64,000 nucleotides of DNA from Pseudobacteriovorax sp. (GCA_050293845.1 JBNKNM010000010.1:1-64000), one strand, 5' to 3'. Positions 30,058 to 40,209 are shown, numbered from the stretch's first letter. Notes: generated by a model from the letters alone, not told the origin. Translations and numbers: made by a program.

Positions 30058-31917
30058 TTACTGGGCTGCCGGAGCAGGTTCCACAAACCCTGATGAACAA
30101 GAGTTCATAAAGAAGGGATCTGCAACCATACAGTCGGGAGTCGCCAGATGATCTCCCAATAGGGATGCGATCGAAGTTTCACCGTTCTTAAAGATGTTAA
30201 CCACTTGACCGTAAAGCAGATTAAACTCCTGGCGCGTGATAGAGCCAGAATTGTTAAAAATGCTGACCCATGCCGACTTAAACGGTTCTGTATTAAGAAT
30301 CAGAGTTAGAATCTCTTCTGAAACTCCTAGCTCTGCAAGAACATCCTTGCGAAACAGATTTTTATTATAATAACGATAAGACTGGTTCACCGGATCGGGA
30401 TCTCCTTCCCGGATGCCCATTTTGAGCAAGGCTTCAAAGTAGATCTTATTGTCTTGATCCACAACAGCCTTCAGTTGGTCTTCCGATGCATAAATGCTAA
30501 GAACCTTATTTTTTTCTTCATTAGAGAAGTCTTGGGAAATAGTAACAAAGTCTTTTATATCGTCTTTCTTATATAAGATACCCTGTCCGTGACAGGACAT
30601 GCACGACATTCCATTTAGAATTTGTTGAAAGAACTGGGTCGGACCATCCAGCTGGCGGACAATATTAGTCGGACCCTTGTGAATTTCCGCACCGGTCCCT
30701 ACAGCTAGGTAATAGCCAAAAAGCCCATTGGGTAGCTGAAAAATCACTTCGCCACCATCCTGATCAAAGGCCTTGGCATCAAAACCCGAACCTAGTGGTC
30801 CTAGAGGGAAGTTGAAAACATTCTGGGTCCCATCATTATTGTCAGCAAAGTCATAGCTTACCCAGTAAGGAAGGTTGGCATTGGAAACATGTCGCTCCAA
30901 AACCCGATTCTGACTAGAAACACCTGAATTCCTGAAACCCGAACGGACAACCAGATTATTGTTAATGTTGGTCGCTAGATTTATACCCAGTTGCTGTTCC
31001 AACTCCTGCTGCGTATCGGGTAATTCTAATAGACGCTTATACAATACTGGCAATGTTGACGTTGCGTTAAACCAGTCTGTCCTAATAAGATAATTAGGGG
31101 TCTGAGTTTCAGCTATGGCAAATTGATGATCTTCGACCAAGCGCTGAGCATTGGGGTCATTTCCCACCAGTTCATACTCTACAGTGAACGGGTAAAAATC
31201 TGCCATGACTGCATCAAACAGTACCGGGTTAATCCCCAGATTCACCAAGTCAATTCTGAAGATGAGCTTACGTTCATCAATAGGTGTTGGCACTGTAATT
31301 AAGGGAGTTTTGGAAAGGGAATTCAAGGATTTACTCAGCCCTTTTACCATAAACTCCTTAGTTTTCCCGTTCATACCAGCATTATTGGGAATCTGTAGAC
31401 TGAAATAGCGTTGGCTACGCCTTTGTGCTGGCAAGAATTGCTCAAGATCCTTACGGATGGTGGCCAACTGAGTAAAATCATCAAGTGGCTTAATTTCAAC
31501 AGCCTCTATATTAGTAACCCAGTCTGAAAGTATACCTCGGTCTTCGTCAGAAAGTGCCTCGCTAGGAGGCATATTGCTTTGTGGAGCTAAGCGGTTGATG
31601 ATTTCAGAACCTGCTGGGTTCCCTGGAACCAAGTACCGTCCACTTTTAATCATTTCATCAATGTCGAGAACCGTGCCAAAACCTCCTTGAGCATTGTCCA
31701 AGCTATGACAACTGGCACAATTTTGTTCAAGAATTGATAATGCCCGTGCTTCTAAAGGCACCTCATCTTTTTGAGGTGGTTCAAATGGGTCATCAGTTTT
31801 CGCAGGGCTTGGAATACTTGCCCGCTGTGTCGCAGGTGCTTTAAGGCTTTCTGATTGGACACATCCTATCAATCCAAGCAAAAACGCAAATAGCGTCAGC
31901 CTTGTGGTACCGACCAT
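30058..31917 (-). CDS. Diheme c-type cytochrome lipoprotein (N-terminal planctomycete-type cytochrome c domain)
   Basis: Lipobox LIGC; CASCH...VPG.P..S....MPP; second motif CMSCH. The start at 31917 follows AAGGGA. Confidence 0.8.
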   Translation of the reverse strand: MVGTTRLTLFAFLLGLIGCVQSESLKAPATQRASIPSPAKTDDPFEPPQKDEVPLEARALSILEQNCASCHSLDNAQGGFGTVLDIDEMIKSGRYLVPGNPAGSEIINRLAPQSNMPPSEALSDEDRGILSDWVTNIEAVEIKPLDDFTQLATIRKDLEQFLPAQRRSQRYFSLQIPNNAGMNGKTKEFMVKGLSKSLNSLSKTPLITVPTPIDERKLIFRIDLVNLGINPVLFDAVMADFYPFTVEYELVGNDPNAQRLVEDHQFAIAETQTPNYLIRTDWFNATSTLPVLYKRLLELPDTQQELEQQLGINLATNINNNLVVRSGFRNSGVSSQNRVLERHVSNANLPYWVSYDFADNNDGTQNVFNFPLGPLGSGFDAKAFDQDGGEVIFQLPNGLFGYYLAVGTGAEIHKGPTNIVRQLDGPTQFFQQILNGMSCMSCHGQGILYKKDDIKDFVTISQDFSNEEKNKVLSIYASEDQLKAVVDQDNKIYFEALLKMGIREGDPDPVNQSYRYYNKNLFRKDVLAELGVSEEILTLILNTEPFKSAWVSIFNNSGSITRQEFNLLYGQVVNIFKNGETSIASLLGDHLATPDCMVADPFFMNSCSSGFVEPAPAAQ

Positions 31918-31987
31918 AGTATAATCCCTTAAACTGTGTTCGAACACTATTACATATGTATAATTCACATACTTCCTAGTGACCTCA

Positions 31988-32014
31988 TTATCGGAAAATT
32001 GGTGCTTTTCCATA
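31988..32014 (-). promoter_or_regulatory. Possible sigma-28-type promoter of the cytochrome gene
   Basis: Minus strand TATG-N15-TCCGATAA. Confidence 0.45.
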
Positions 32015-32125
32015 AGAAAATTAATAATATTTTAAAATTAGTCAGATCCTGCCGAGATTACTTATGTTTACTGGCCTCAGCTCTTAGCCCGGATCGGAAA
32101 AATTGAAAAATATGTAACAGTTTTA

Positions 32126-32246
32126 AGAAATTTTGAAAAAGCTGCGGGTGCCAGGGATGAAGACCTTACTAAACTGCAACGTACCAAGGTAGGTGAGGAT
32201 TTCGGAAGGTGGCGTAACGCCGCAAATGAAGAATTTTTTGGATTCC
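32126..32246. repeat. Degenerate palindromic intergenic repeat element (RPE/MITE-like), single copy in the window
   Basis: Core ACTGCAACGTAC-CAAG-GTAGGTGAGGATTTCG and distal GTAACGCCGCAAATG, with weak terminal inverted A/T tracts. The resemblance is from recall only. Confidence 0.4.
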
Positions 32247-32428
32247 GGTTATCACACGGTTATAACAGGTAAACACGCACCCTCTCTTTAGCAAAATCTA
32301 AGCTAAACTCGCATTTTACACTGATGAAATGCGGAAATGGATTTAGGCAATTCTTTCTGATTAGAGATCAAAAGTGTTCGGCTATAATGAAGTCCAGTAT
32401 GAGGATGCCAAAAATTAGGAGTTTGCCA

Positions 32429-32644
32429 ATGATGAGACAAATTCTGTACTGGAGTTTCATCTTGACATTGATGTTAGCTTGCCAGTCCGGCGGCGGAGGT
32501 AGTAGCGGCCTAGGTGGGGGAAAGCCCGGATCTCAGCCTGTTAACTCTAAGGAAGAACGAGCTTATAAGCGTGCCCTTCTCAAATGTTATAAAACAGGTG
32601 GCTCACGCATCGTTAAGATTGAGGGGAAATTGCGTTGTTACTAG
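32429..32644 (+). CDS. Small Gly-rich lipoprotein
   Basis: AGGAG RBS, lipobox MLAC, Gly linker, C-terminal C-x15-C pair. Confidence 0.7.
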   Translation: MMRQILYWSFILTLMLACQSGGGGSSGLGGGKPGSQPVNSKEERAYKRALLKCYKTGGSRIVKIEGKLRCY

Positions 32645-32781
32645 AACTCAGCAGAACCCATGGAATTTTGTCGTAGTCTCCTACGCTCCTTTTTTGCCAT
32701 ACCTAGCTGTTGCGAACCTGTCAGCGCTATGTGTTAGTTTCCTTGAAAAATGCTTTCTTTCCATGCACTACAAGTATACTA

Positions 32782-32797
32782 TGGCACGATTCCTGCT
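32782..32797 (+). promoter_or_regulatory. Sigma-54 (-24/-12) promoter candidate
   Basis: TGGCACG-ATTC-CTGCT, one mismatch to TGGCACG-N4-TTGCW. Confidence 0.55.
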
Positions 32798-32991
32798 GCT
32801 TTTGATCTTTGTTGCCGTAGAACTTAGCCATAAAAAATAGTTTTGACGGACTAATGACCTATCAATGACAAGAAAATTTCCTTTAGAGGATGACAAATCT
32901 TGCCAATTCTGAACATTCAAGTATCATTTACAGGCATTTGAACAAGTGACGTATAGTCGCGCCTATATTGGCAAACAAGGAGAGAGAAACT

Positions 32992-33405
32992 TTGGAACAA
33001 ACGCTATCCATCATCAAACCTGACGGTGTGGAAAGAAATCTAATTGGACAAATTATTAGCAAGTTTGAAGAAAGCAATTTGCGCATTGCGGCAATGAAGA
33101 AGGTTTTACTCAGCAAGGCCGAAGCAGAGGCTTTTTATGCCGTGCATAAAGAACGGCCTTTTTTTGGTGAGCTAGTGGAATTTATGACGCGCAGCCCCGT
33201 TGTCATTATGTGTCTGGAAGGTGAGCAAGCCGTCGCCAAGAATCGTGAAATCATGGGTGCCACAAATCCTGCTGAAGCAGCTACAGGAACCATCCGAAAG
33301 CTTTTCGCAAAATCGATTGGTGAAAATACCGTTCACGGTTCTGACTCCGAAGAAAATGCCAAACAAGAAGTTGCGTTCTTTTTCGCAACATCTGAGATTC
33401 ACTAA
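32992..33405 (+). CDS. ndk: Nucleoside diphosphate kinase
   Basis: [28 protein letters not shown]. The TTG start at 32992 follows AAGGAG; the track gives 32968. Confidence 0.97.
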   Translation: MEQTLSIIKPDGVERNLIGQIISKFEESNLRIAAMKKVLLSKAEAEAFYAVHKERPFFGELVEFMTRSPVVIMCLEGEQAVAKNREIMGATNPAEAATGTIRKLFAKSIGENTVHGSDSEENAKQEVAFFFATSEIH

Positions 33406-33422
33406 TCTAGGGACAAAGTCTG

Positions 33423-35852
33423 ATGATCAACATCGTTAAAAAGATTGCCACCGAACTCGAATTAAAAGAATACCAAGTCAACAACTCCATCAACCTCCTT
33501 TTCGAAGAAGAGTGCACCATCCCATTTGTGTCACGCTATCGCAAGGAAATGACGGGAACTCTCGACGAAGTGCAACTTCGCAGTATTCGTGACCGATACA
33601 CCTATCTTCAAGAGTTGGAAAATAACAAGGTTAAGTATCTAAAGGTTGTTGAAGAACACTGCCAAAAAAAGCCTGAGTTGCGCGCTAAACTCCCCGAGCT
33701 TAGGACCAAGTTTGCGGCTTGTGAGACCAAGCAGGAGTTGGAGGACTTGTACCTTCCATTCAAGCCCAAGCGCCGTACACGCGCTCAAGTGGCAAAAGAG
33801 AAAGGCCTAGAACCACTGCTGACTAAAATTCTGCAGGAGTGCTCTAGTATCACCAAACTCGACGATGTTGCCCAAGACTTTATTACTCCCGCAGACACCA
33901 AAATCGATCCAGCTCTCAAGGTTTTAAACACCACTGAAGCCTTGGCAGGAGCTGCAGATATTCTTGCTGAGCAGATCGCAGAGACAGCGGAGTACAGATC
34001 ATTAGCAAGGACAATTAGCTTTGAAACGGGTCAATTGGTTTCAAAGTTAATAGAGGGTGCCGCACAAAAACTTTCTGAGAAGAAAGGGAAAAAAGTTGAT
34101 GCCTCTAAGTACGAAAACTACTACGACTACGCAGAATCAATAAAAACAGCGGCGTCACACCGCGTCATGGCTGTAAGACGCGGTGAGGCGGAAAAGATTC
34201 TCAAAGTCAATATTGTTGTCGACTCCGACCGTATCGTAGGTGAACTAAAAAATATCGTCATCCCCCAAGATGCCACTGCCGCTGTGAAAGAATGGGAAGA
34301 AAAGATTATCGAAGATGCCTATAAAAGGCTCTTAAGCCCTGCGATGGAAACCGAAATCCGTTTGAACCTCAAGCAAAACGCTGAAATGGAAGCTATCCGT
34401 GTTTTCTCGGAAAACCTTGAAAACTTGCTATTACTCCCGCCCATTCCCAATAGGATCGTTCTTGGTGTAGACCCTGGGCTTAGGACCGGTTCCAAATTTG
34501 CTGTGGTTGATGAGACAGGTAAACTGCTTGATCATACGACCTTACACTTTGACCTAGGGGGAAAAGAAGGCGCTAAAACAGCTCAATCTAAAGCACAAAT
34601 TTTGAAGCTGATAACAGAGAACCATGTGACCTGTGTCGCAATTGGTAACGGCACAGGAAGCCGCGAAGTGAATCGAGCTATAACTGATGTGATAAAAGAG
34701 AACTCGTTAAAAGACGTCAAAAGGCTGGTCGTTAACGAGGCGGGTGCTAGTGTATATTCCACAATGGACATCGCTCGCGAAGAATTTCCTGACCTTGACC
34801 CCACCATTCGCAGTGCCGTGAGTATTGCACGCCGGCTGCAGGACCCCTTAGCTGAATTAGTTAAAATTGACCCACGATCTATCGGTGTGGGACAGTACCA
34901 GCACGATGTAAATGTCACAAAGCTAAAGGGAAGTCTTGAAGAGGTTGTTGAAAGCTGTGTGAACAGAGTGGGTGTGAATGTCAATACTGCGTCTTATAAG
35001 TTACTGAGCTACGTTTCCGGGATTGGACCAGCCCTAGCAAAAAGTGTTGTTACTACCCGAGATAAAAATGGCAAATTTATGGACCGCAGTGCACTTTCTA
35101 ACATATCAGGATTTGGACCAAAAGCATTTCAACAAGCCGCGGGCTTCTTAAGGGTGCCTGAATCGATCAATCCACTCGACAATTCGGCTGTCCACCCGGA
35201 GAGCTACGAAATCGTACAGCAGATTATCACTGACCAGAAAAAAGATATCAAAGAAATCGTCGGTAAAAAGGAAGTGGTAGAAGCTATTCCTATTGAGAAA
35301 TACGTTAACAATAAAATAGGACTACCAACTCTCCAGGATATCGTCAAAGAGCTCATAAAACCGGGTCGTGACCCGCGGGATGAGGGTGCTCGCCTCATGT
35401 ACTCCGATGATATTTGTGAGTTAGAGGACCTTACCGTAGGTATGACACTACCCGGCACAGTTACCAACGTCACAAACTTTGGAGCTTTTGTTGATATAGG
35501 TGTCCACCAGGATGGACTAGTCCACATCAGCGAGCTCTCCGATCAATTCGTCGATGACCCCTCTAAAGTAGTATCGGTAGGGGATGTTGTCCAAGTGCGC
35601 GTTATCGATGTGGATCTCACAAGAAGGCGTATCGGGCTCAGTAGAAAGCTCGGAACCCCCGCTGCAAAATCTAATCGACGCCATGATAAGCAGTCTAATG
35701 CAAATCTATCCAGTAACTCCCGTCGTGGTCCCTTGAAACCACGCGTGGGCTCTAACCGCAATAATAAGAAAGGGGCTAATCACCGGCGGCAGGAGAGTAA
35801 TCAAAACTATACGATGGAAGACTTAATGGCTAAATTTAACCAAAGGAGATAA
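33423..35852 (+). CDS. tex: Tex family RNA-binding transcription accessory protein
   Basis: TIPFVSRYRKE, DPGLRTG, EAGASVYS, IGVGQYQHD, C-terminal S1 domain. Confidence 0.95.
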   Translation: MINIVKKIATELELKEYQVNNSINLLFEEECTIPFVSRYRKEMTGTLDEVQLRSIRDRYTYLQELENNKVKYLKVVEEHCQKKPELRAKLPELRTKFAACETKQELEDLYLPFKPKRRTRAQVAKEKGLEPLLTKILQECSSITKLDDVAQDFITPADTKIDPALKVLNTTEALAGAADILAEQIAETAEYRSLARTISFETGQLVSKLIEGAAQKLSEKKGKKVDASKYENYYDYAESIKTAASHRVMAVRRGEAEKILKVNIVVDSDRIVGELKNIVIPQDATAAVKEWEEKIIEDAYKRLLSPAMETEIRLNLKQNAEMEAIRVFSENLENLLLLPPIPNRIVLGVDPGLRTGSKFAVVDETGKLLDHTTLHFDLGGKEGAKTAQSKAQILKLITENHVTCVAIGNGTGSREVNRAITDVIKENSLKDVKRLVVNEAGASVYSTMDIAREEFPDLDPTIRSAVSIARRLQDPLAELVKIDPRSIGVGQYQHDVNVTKLKGSLEEVVESCVNRVGVNVNTASYKLLSYVSGIGPALAKSVVTTRDKNGKFMDRSALSNISGFGPKAFQQAAGFLRVPESINPLDNSAVHPESYEIVQQIITDQKKDIKEIVGKKEVVEAIPIEKYVNNKIGLPTLQDIVKELIKPGRDPRDEGARLMYSDDICELEDLTVGMTLPGTVTNVTNFGAFVDIGVHQDGLVHISELSDQFVDDPSKVVSVGDVVQVRVIDVDLTRRRIGLSRKLGTPAAKSNRRHDKQSNANLSSNSRRGPLKPRVGSNRNNKKGANHRRQESNQNYTMEDLMAKFNQRR

Positions 35853-35855
35853 TCC

Positions 35856-36731
35856 ATGGCCTACCCAGTATGTTTGGGAGTGCTCGGAGGCTCTGGAGTT
35901 TATGAGATGGAAGGTGTTAAGCTGGTCAAAGAGCATCACATCTCAACTCCTTATGGTGATCCATCCGATGCCATTGTAGAAGTGGAACTGGCGGGACGTA
36001 CTGCCTTTTTCTTGCCTAGGCATGGAAAAGGCCATCGACTGCTTCCTTCGGAAGTCAATTACTGTGCTAATATTTATGCACTTAAAAGCTTAGGAGTTAA
36101 TTATCTGCTGGCAGTAAGTGCTGTTGGAATTATGCAGGATAGTATCCATCCAGGGGATATGGTCATACCCGATCAGATTTTTGACCGTACCAAGGGCGTC
36201 CGCCGCTCGACTTTTTTTGGTGAGGGCATTGTCGGGCATGTTGAATTTGCTGACCCTTTTGCCCCTGACATGATCAGCTACATTGAAACTGCAGCGCGGT
36301 CCCAAAGTGATCGCGTTCACGTGGGAGGCGCTTATGTTTGCATCGAAGGGCCACAGTTTTCCACGAGGGCAGAGTCCCGGCATTACCGAGCGACGCTGGA
36401 ACCGAGCGTGATTGGTATGACCGGTCTACCCGAAGCCAAGTTAGCTCGTGAAGCAGAAATATGCTATGGCATGCTGGCTCTTGCTACAGACTACGACTGT
36501 TGGAACGAGAGTCAGGATGATGTCACGGTCGATGCTATCTTAGCTGTCTTGAAATCAAATAGCGAGAAAGCCAAGGCTATCATTAAGGAACTCATAACGA
36601 ACCTTCCTGAAACATCCACTTCACCACTTCTTGATGCTGGTAAATATGCTGTTATTACGAGTCCTAACTTGATTCCTGAACAACGCAAAAAAGACCTAGA
36701 TCTGATTTATGGCAAGTACTTTGGGCTCTAA
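35856..36731 (+). CDS. mtnP: S-methyl-5'-thioadenosine phosphorylase
   Basis: GGSG, TPYGDPS, PRHG, EGPQFSTRAE, ATDYDCW. Confidence 0.93.
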   Translation: MAYPVCLGVLGGSGVYEMEGVKLVKEHHISTPYGDPSDAIVEVELAGRTAFFLPRHGKGHRLLPSEVNYCANIYALKSLGVNYLLAVSAVGIMQDSIHPGDMVIPDQIFDRTKGVRRSTFFGEGIVGHVEFADPFAPDMISYIETAARSQSDRVHVGGAYVCIEGPQFSTRAESRHYRATLEPSVIGMTGLPEAKLAREAEICYGMLALATDYDCWNESQDDVTVDAILAVLKSNSEKAKAIIKELITNLPETSTSPLLDAGKYAVITSPNLIPEQRKKDLDLIYGKYFGL

Positions 36732-37179
36732 CAACTATCTATTAAGAGGGGAGCACCATGTCCCCATTTACTATGAAGACACAGACCTTTCTGGGTTTGT
36801 GTACCATGCCAATTATCTGAAGTATTTCGAGCGAGCCCGCGAGCATTTGATCGGGGTCAACTACCTAAAGTCACTCTGGGAAGAAGGAATCCATTTTGTC
36901 GTCGCAGAATCTAATCTAAGATATCTACGGCCTTTAAACCATGGGGATAACCTAGTCATCAAGACTGATATCGGCTTCAGTAGGTCGCCGATTTTATCTT
37001 GTAGTCAACAAGGCTTTCGCCTAGAAACTAATGGTGAAACTAGCATTGTGCGCGCTAGCATTACGGTGGCGACATTAAATAGGCTTAACCGGCCCATCCG
37101 CTTACCCCAGTACGTGGTAGACCACTTTTTAGTGCACCCCCAATGCATTCCAAATGAGGAGAACAATCATGGCAGATAA
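36709..37179 (+). CDS. YbgC/FadM family acyl-CoA thioesterase
   Basis: YYEDTD.SG.VYHANYLKYFERAR. Confidence 0.9.
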   Translation: MASTLGSNNYLLRGEHHVPIYYEDTDLSGFVYHANYLKYFERAREHLIGVNYLKSLWEEGIHFVVAESNLRYLRPLNHGDNLVIKTDIGFSRSPILSCSQQGFRLETNGETSIVRASITVATLNRLNRPIRLPQYVVDHFLVHPQCIPNEENNHGR

Positions 37180-38212
37180 TCCTGTAGGTATCAAGGGCTT
37201 CGACTTTATCGAGTTCAGTAGCCCAGAACCTGAAAAAATGCACAAGCTCTTTACTATTTTGGGGTTTTCTCGACTCAAGACCCACAAGTCTAAATCCATC
37301 GATTATTACAAACAAAACGACATCCATTTCTTTCTGAACACGGAACCGGACTCCTTTGCAAAAACTTTCACCGGCTCACACGGCCCCTGTGCTTGCTCCA
37401 CAGGTTGGCGTGTAGAAAATGCCTCTGAAGCGCAAAGAATTGCCATTGAACGCGGGGCCAAGCTTGCCAACTGCGGTGACTATGTCAGTATCGATGGCAA
37501 GGCTATTCCAGCCATCTATGGAGTAGGCGGTAGTCTTATCTACTTTGTCGACCAGCGTATGGGTGAGACTCAGCTGGAAAATCTGGGATTTGAAGATTTG
37601 GACCAGCCCGATATCGTTGAGAGTAAGGGGTTTCATCTTATTGACCATCTGACTAATAACGTCTTTAAAGGTGAATTAGAGCCACTTGCCAATTTTTATA
37701 AAAACGTTTTCGGCTTTGAAGAAGTACGATTCTTCGATATTAAAGGTGAGGAAACGGGATTGCTATCTTATGCCCTTCGTTCCCCTTGCGGAAGCTTCTG
37801 TATACCAATCAATGAAGGTACAGAGGCAAAGTCGCAGATAAATGAATACTTAAGGGAATATAAAGGTCAGGGTATTCAACATATCGCATTGTTGACTCCT
37901 AATATCATGAAGGTGATGGAGTCGATAAACCCGAAAGACTTGAAGACCCTTGATATCGACGATGATTACTACGATGAAGTATTCCAGCGCTTACCTCAGG
38001 TAAAAGAAGACAAAACCAAAATTAAGAACTTTAACTTGCTTGTTGATGGCGATGAAAAAGGCTATCTTATTCAGATATTTACAGAAAATGTGATCGGCCC
38101 CATCTTTTTCGAATTTATTCAACGCAACAACCACTACGGTTTTGGTGAAGGGAACTTCGCAGCTTTATTCCGCGCCATTGAACGTGATCAAAAACGCCGT
38201 GGTGTGCTTTAA
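37169..38212 (+). CDS. hppD: 4-hydroxyphenylpyruvate dioxygenase
   Basis: NPVGIKGFDFIEF, IDHLTNNV, GIQHIA, FFEFIQR, GFGEGNF. Confidence 0.96.
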   Translation: MADNPVGIKGFDFIEFSSPEPEKMHKLFTILGFSRLKTHKSKSIDYYKQNDIHFFLNTEPDSFAKTFTGSHGPCACSTGWRVENASEAQRIAIERGAKLANCGDYVSIDGKAIPAIYGVGGSLIYFVDQRMGETQLENLGFEDLDQPDIVESKGFHLIDHLTNNVFKGELEPLANFYKNVFGFEEVRFFDIKGEETGLLSYALRSPCGSFCIPINEGTEAKSQINEYLREYKGQGIQHIALLTPNIMKVMESINPKDLKTLDIDDDYYDEVFQRLPQVKEDKTKIKNFNLLVDGDEKGYLIQIFTENVIGPIFFEFIQRNNHYGFGEGNFAALFRAIERDQKRRGVL

Positions 38213-38233
38213 TAAGCACCAACGTAGGTTTTC

Positions 38234-38254
38234 CGGAGGCTAAACAAGCCTCCG
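38234..38254 (+). terminator. Hairpin after hppD (probable terminator)
   Basis: CGGAGGCT-AAACA-AGCCTCCG; weak T-tract. Confidence 0.5.
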
Positions 38255-38345
38255 TGGGTTGTTAGAAAAGCAGGGCCCCTCACTGTTCCCTCTTTTGAAA
38301 CTCATTGATAGTTCAAAACTAATTTCTACATTTCGGTTTTTTCCT

Positions 38346-38372
38346 TAACATCTCCTCACCTTCTCCCGATAA
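38346..38372 (+). promoter_or_regulatory. Sigma-28-type promoter candidate
   Basis: TAAC-N15-CCCGATAA versus the consensus TAAA-N15-GCCGATAA. Confidence 0.55.
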
Positions 38373-38385
38373 CTCTCTCGCTTAC

Positions 38386-40209
38386 ATGGTGGAGAGGAAA
38401 ATCATGACTCCAGAGCAGAATCAAGAATCTTCAGCTGCCAGGAAGATGATGTCAGGTGAGACTTTAGGAATGGCTTTATTCCTTGTGATAGTTTTTGGCA
38501 GCAGCCTGTTGACGAGTCCGCAAATGCTGGAGATCGCCGCAGTTACTATAGCTCTCAGTGGTATTTTTGCATTTTTAGTACTAAAAAAACATTACCTTAG
38601 CCATAGCATTATCAATCTGACTTGCTTACTGCCAGCACTTGCTATGATGCTCTACTTTGCCGTAAGCGGTTCTGCACTAGCAGATATTGGCTTAGTTTAT
38701 ACCACATTAGCAGGAATCAATACCTTGCTTTGCCTCAACTTTTGGATGCAAAGACCTCCTGCTGGCGGTTTTCACTTTAATACTCTCGGTGCTTTTGTCA
38801 TCGTTGCTGCCACTTTAGTAAGTTTAAATTTGGCTATCAGCGAAGGAAATCTTTCGCTTCCTATGCTCCAAGGTATACTTGCCGCTTCTACAATGGCTCT
38901 CTTAGCTCACTTTGGAGGCTTACTGACAAAAAAGTTTCGCGATGGTATTCGTCAAAAACCTCAGTTTCTCTTACTTTCTTTACCTAATATCTTCCTTAGC
39001 TTTGTAGGCTTAGTGTTTCCCAACCTGACTTTACCTGTATTATTCACCATAGCAGCAATATTTGGAATACTGGCCTATCATGAACTATCTAAGCAAACGG
39101 ATACTATACATAGCCAAATACAAAGTAAGAATCAGTATACCAATAACAATAGCTTGCCCATTGAGCAGTTCGACTATCAACTGCGCACTAGCCTTGACAT
39201 AATTATAAATCGGAGCGAGAATTTTCTTGAGTCTTCTGGCCAAAGCCCCCACTTCCTAAACGACATCGTTTCAGAATCAAAAAGGATTGTCGAGCATTGG
39301 CAAGTAGTGTTTGCCACTCACCAGTTGTTAGCAAGTAGCAACCAGAAAAAAACCGAATTTACTCCCAGGGATCTGATTACTATAGTTACAAAGCTTCATC
39401 CCTCACCTTCAGGTCGGCTAGAAGCGATTGTTCCTAACACATTTCCCAAAATAAATTCAAACCCTTATACCTTAGCATTTGTCATCCATTCCCTCATCGA
39501 TAAGGTTGAATTTACCAAGGTTACCTTTAAGTTCCATTTTTACAACACTATCTCAAATGGTATGAGATTTGCTAACATTGATATCAGAGGCTTTACAAAC
39601 GACCTTAAAATTTTAGATCGTCCCAATAGTTTTCGCCCCCAGAAAAAATCCATGTACACAGTACAAGAAGATATTTGTCAAAAATTAGGAGGAGGCTTCA
39701 TCGATAAAAGTCTGAGAGCTTCTGTACCTTTCTATACCATTTACCTCCCTTTACAAGACGAGGCACCAGAAAAAAACGCTGGCAAGATTATTCACAAAGC
39801 CATGGGCCGTCGCGTTCTCATTGTCGATGATGACCCTGATATAGTTGACATTCTTACAGATTATATACAGGGACATGGTATTGAAGCTATAAAATCCATA
39901 GCAGGACGGGATGCCCTGGAAAAATTCCATGCGGAACAACCCTTTTGCGTTATCACTGATATAGTAATGCCTGAATTTAATGGGATGGACCTCATTAAGT
40001 CGATCCGGGAGCAATCGCCCCTCTCTACCATCATCGGCATTAGTGGTGTAGAAGGGAGAGATTTTGCCGAAGAAGCCAAGCAACTGGGAGCAAATCATTT
40101 TTACATGAAGCCTCCCAACCTCGAGACTATTCTTGCCAATATTCAAGAAGCCACTCAAGCGATGAACTGCAACAAGCCAAATACTCTAAGGGCAGGTAAT
40201 CGGGATTGA
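38386..40209 (+). CDS. Polytopic membrane protein with a degenerate histidine-kinase core and an intact receiver domain
   Basis: About 8 TM segments; FDYQLRTSL at the H-box position; receiver motifs LIVDDD, TDIVMP, ISG and KP. The true start may be 38404 (after GGAGAGG). Confidence 0.8.
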   Translation: MVERKIMTPEQNQESSAARKMMSGETLGMALFLVIVFGSSLLTSPQMLEIAAVTIALSGIFAFLVLKKHYLSHSIINLTCLLPALAMMLYFAVSGSALADIGLVYTTLAGINTLLCLNFWMQRPPAGGFHFNTLGAFVIVAATLVSLNLAISEGNLSLPMLQGILAASTMALLAHFGGLLTKKFRDGIRQKPQFLLLSLPNIFLSFVGLVFPNLTLPVLFTIAAIFGILAYHELSKQTDTIHSQIQSKNQYTNNNSLPIEQFDYQLRTSLDIIINRSENFLESSGQSPHFLNDIVSESKRIVEHWQVVFATHQLLASSNQKKTEFTPRDLITIVTKLHPSPSGRLEAIVPNTFPKINSNPYTLAFVIHSLIDKVEFTKVTFKFHFYNTISNGMRFANIDIRGFTNDLKILDRPNSFRPQKKSMYTVQEDICQKLGGGFIDKSLRASVPFYTIYLPLQDEAPEKNAGKIIHKAMGRRVLIVDDDPDIVDILTDYIQGHGIEAIKSIAGRDALEKFHAEQPFCVITDIVMPEFNGMDLIKSIREQSPLSTIIGISGVEGRDFAEEAKQLGANHFYMKPPNLETILANIQEATQAMNCNKPNTLRAGNRD

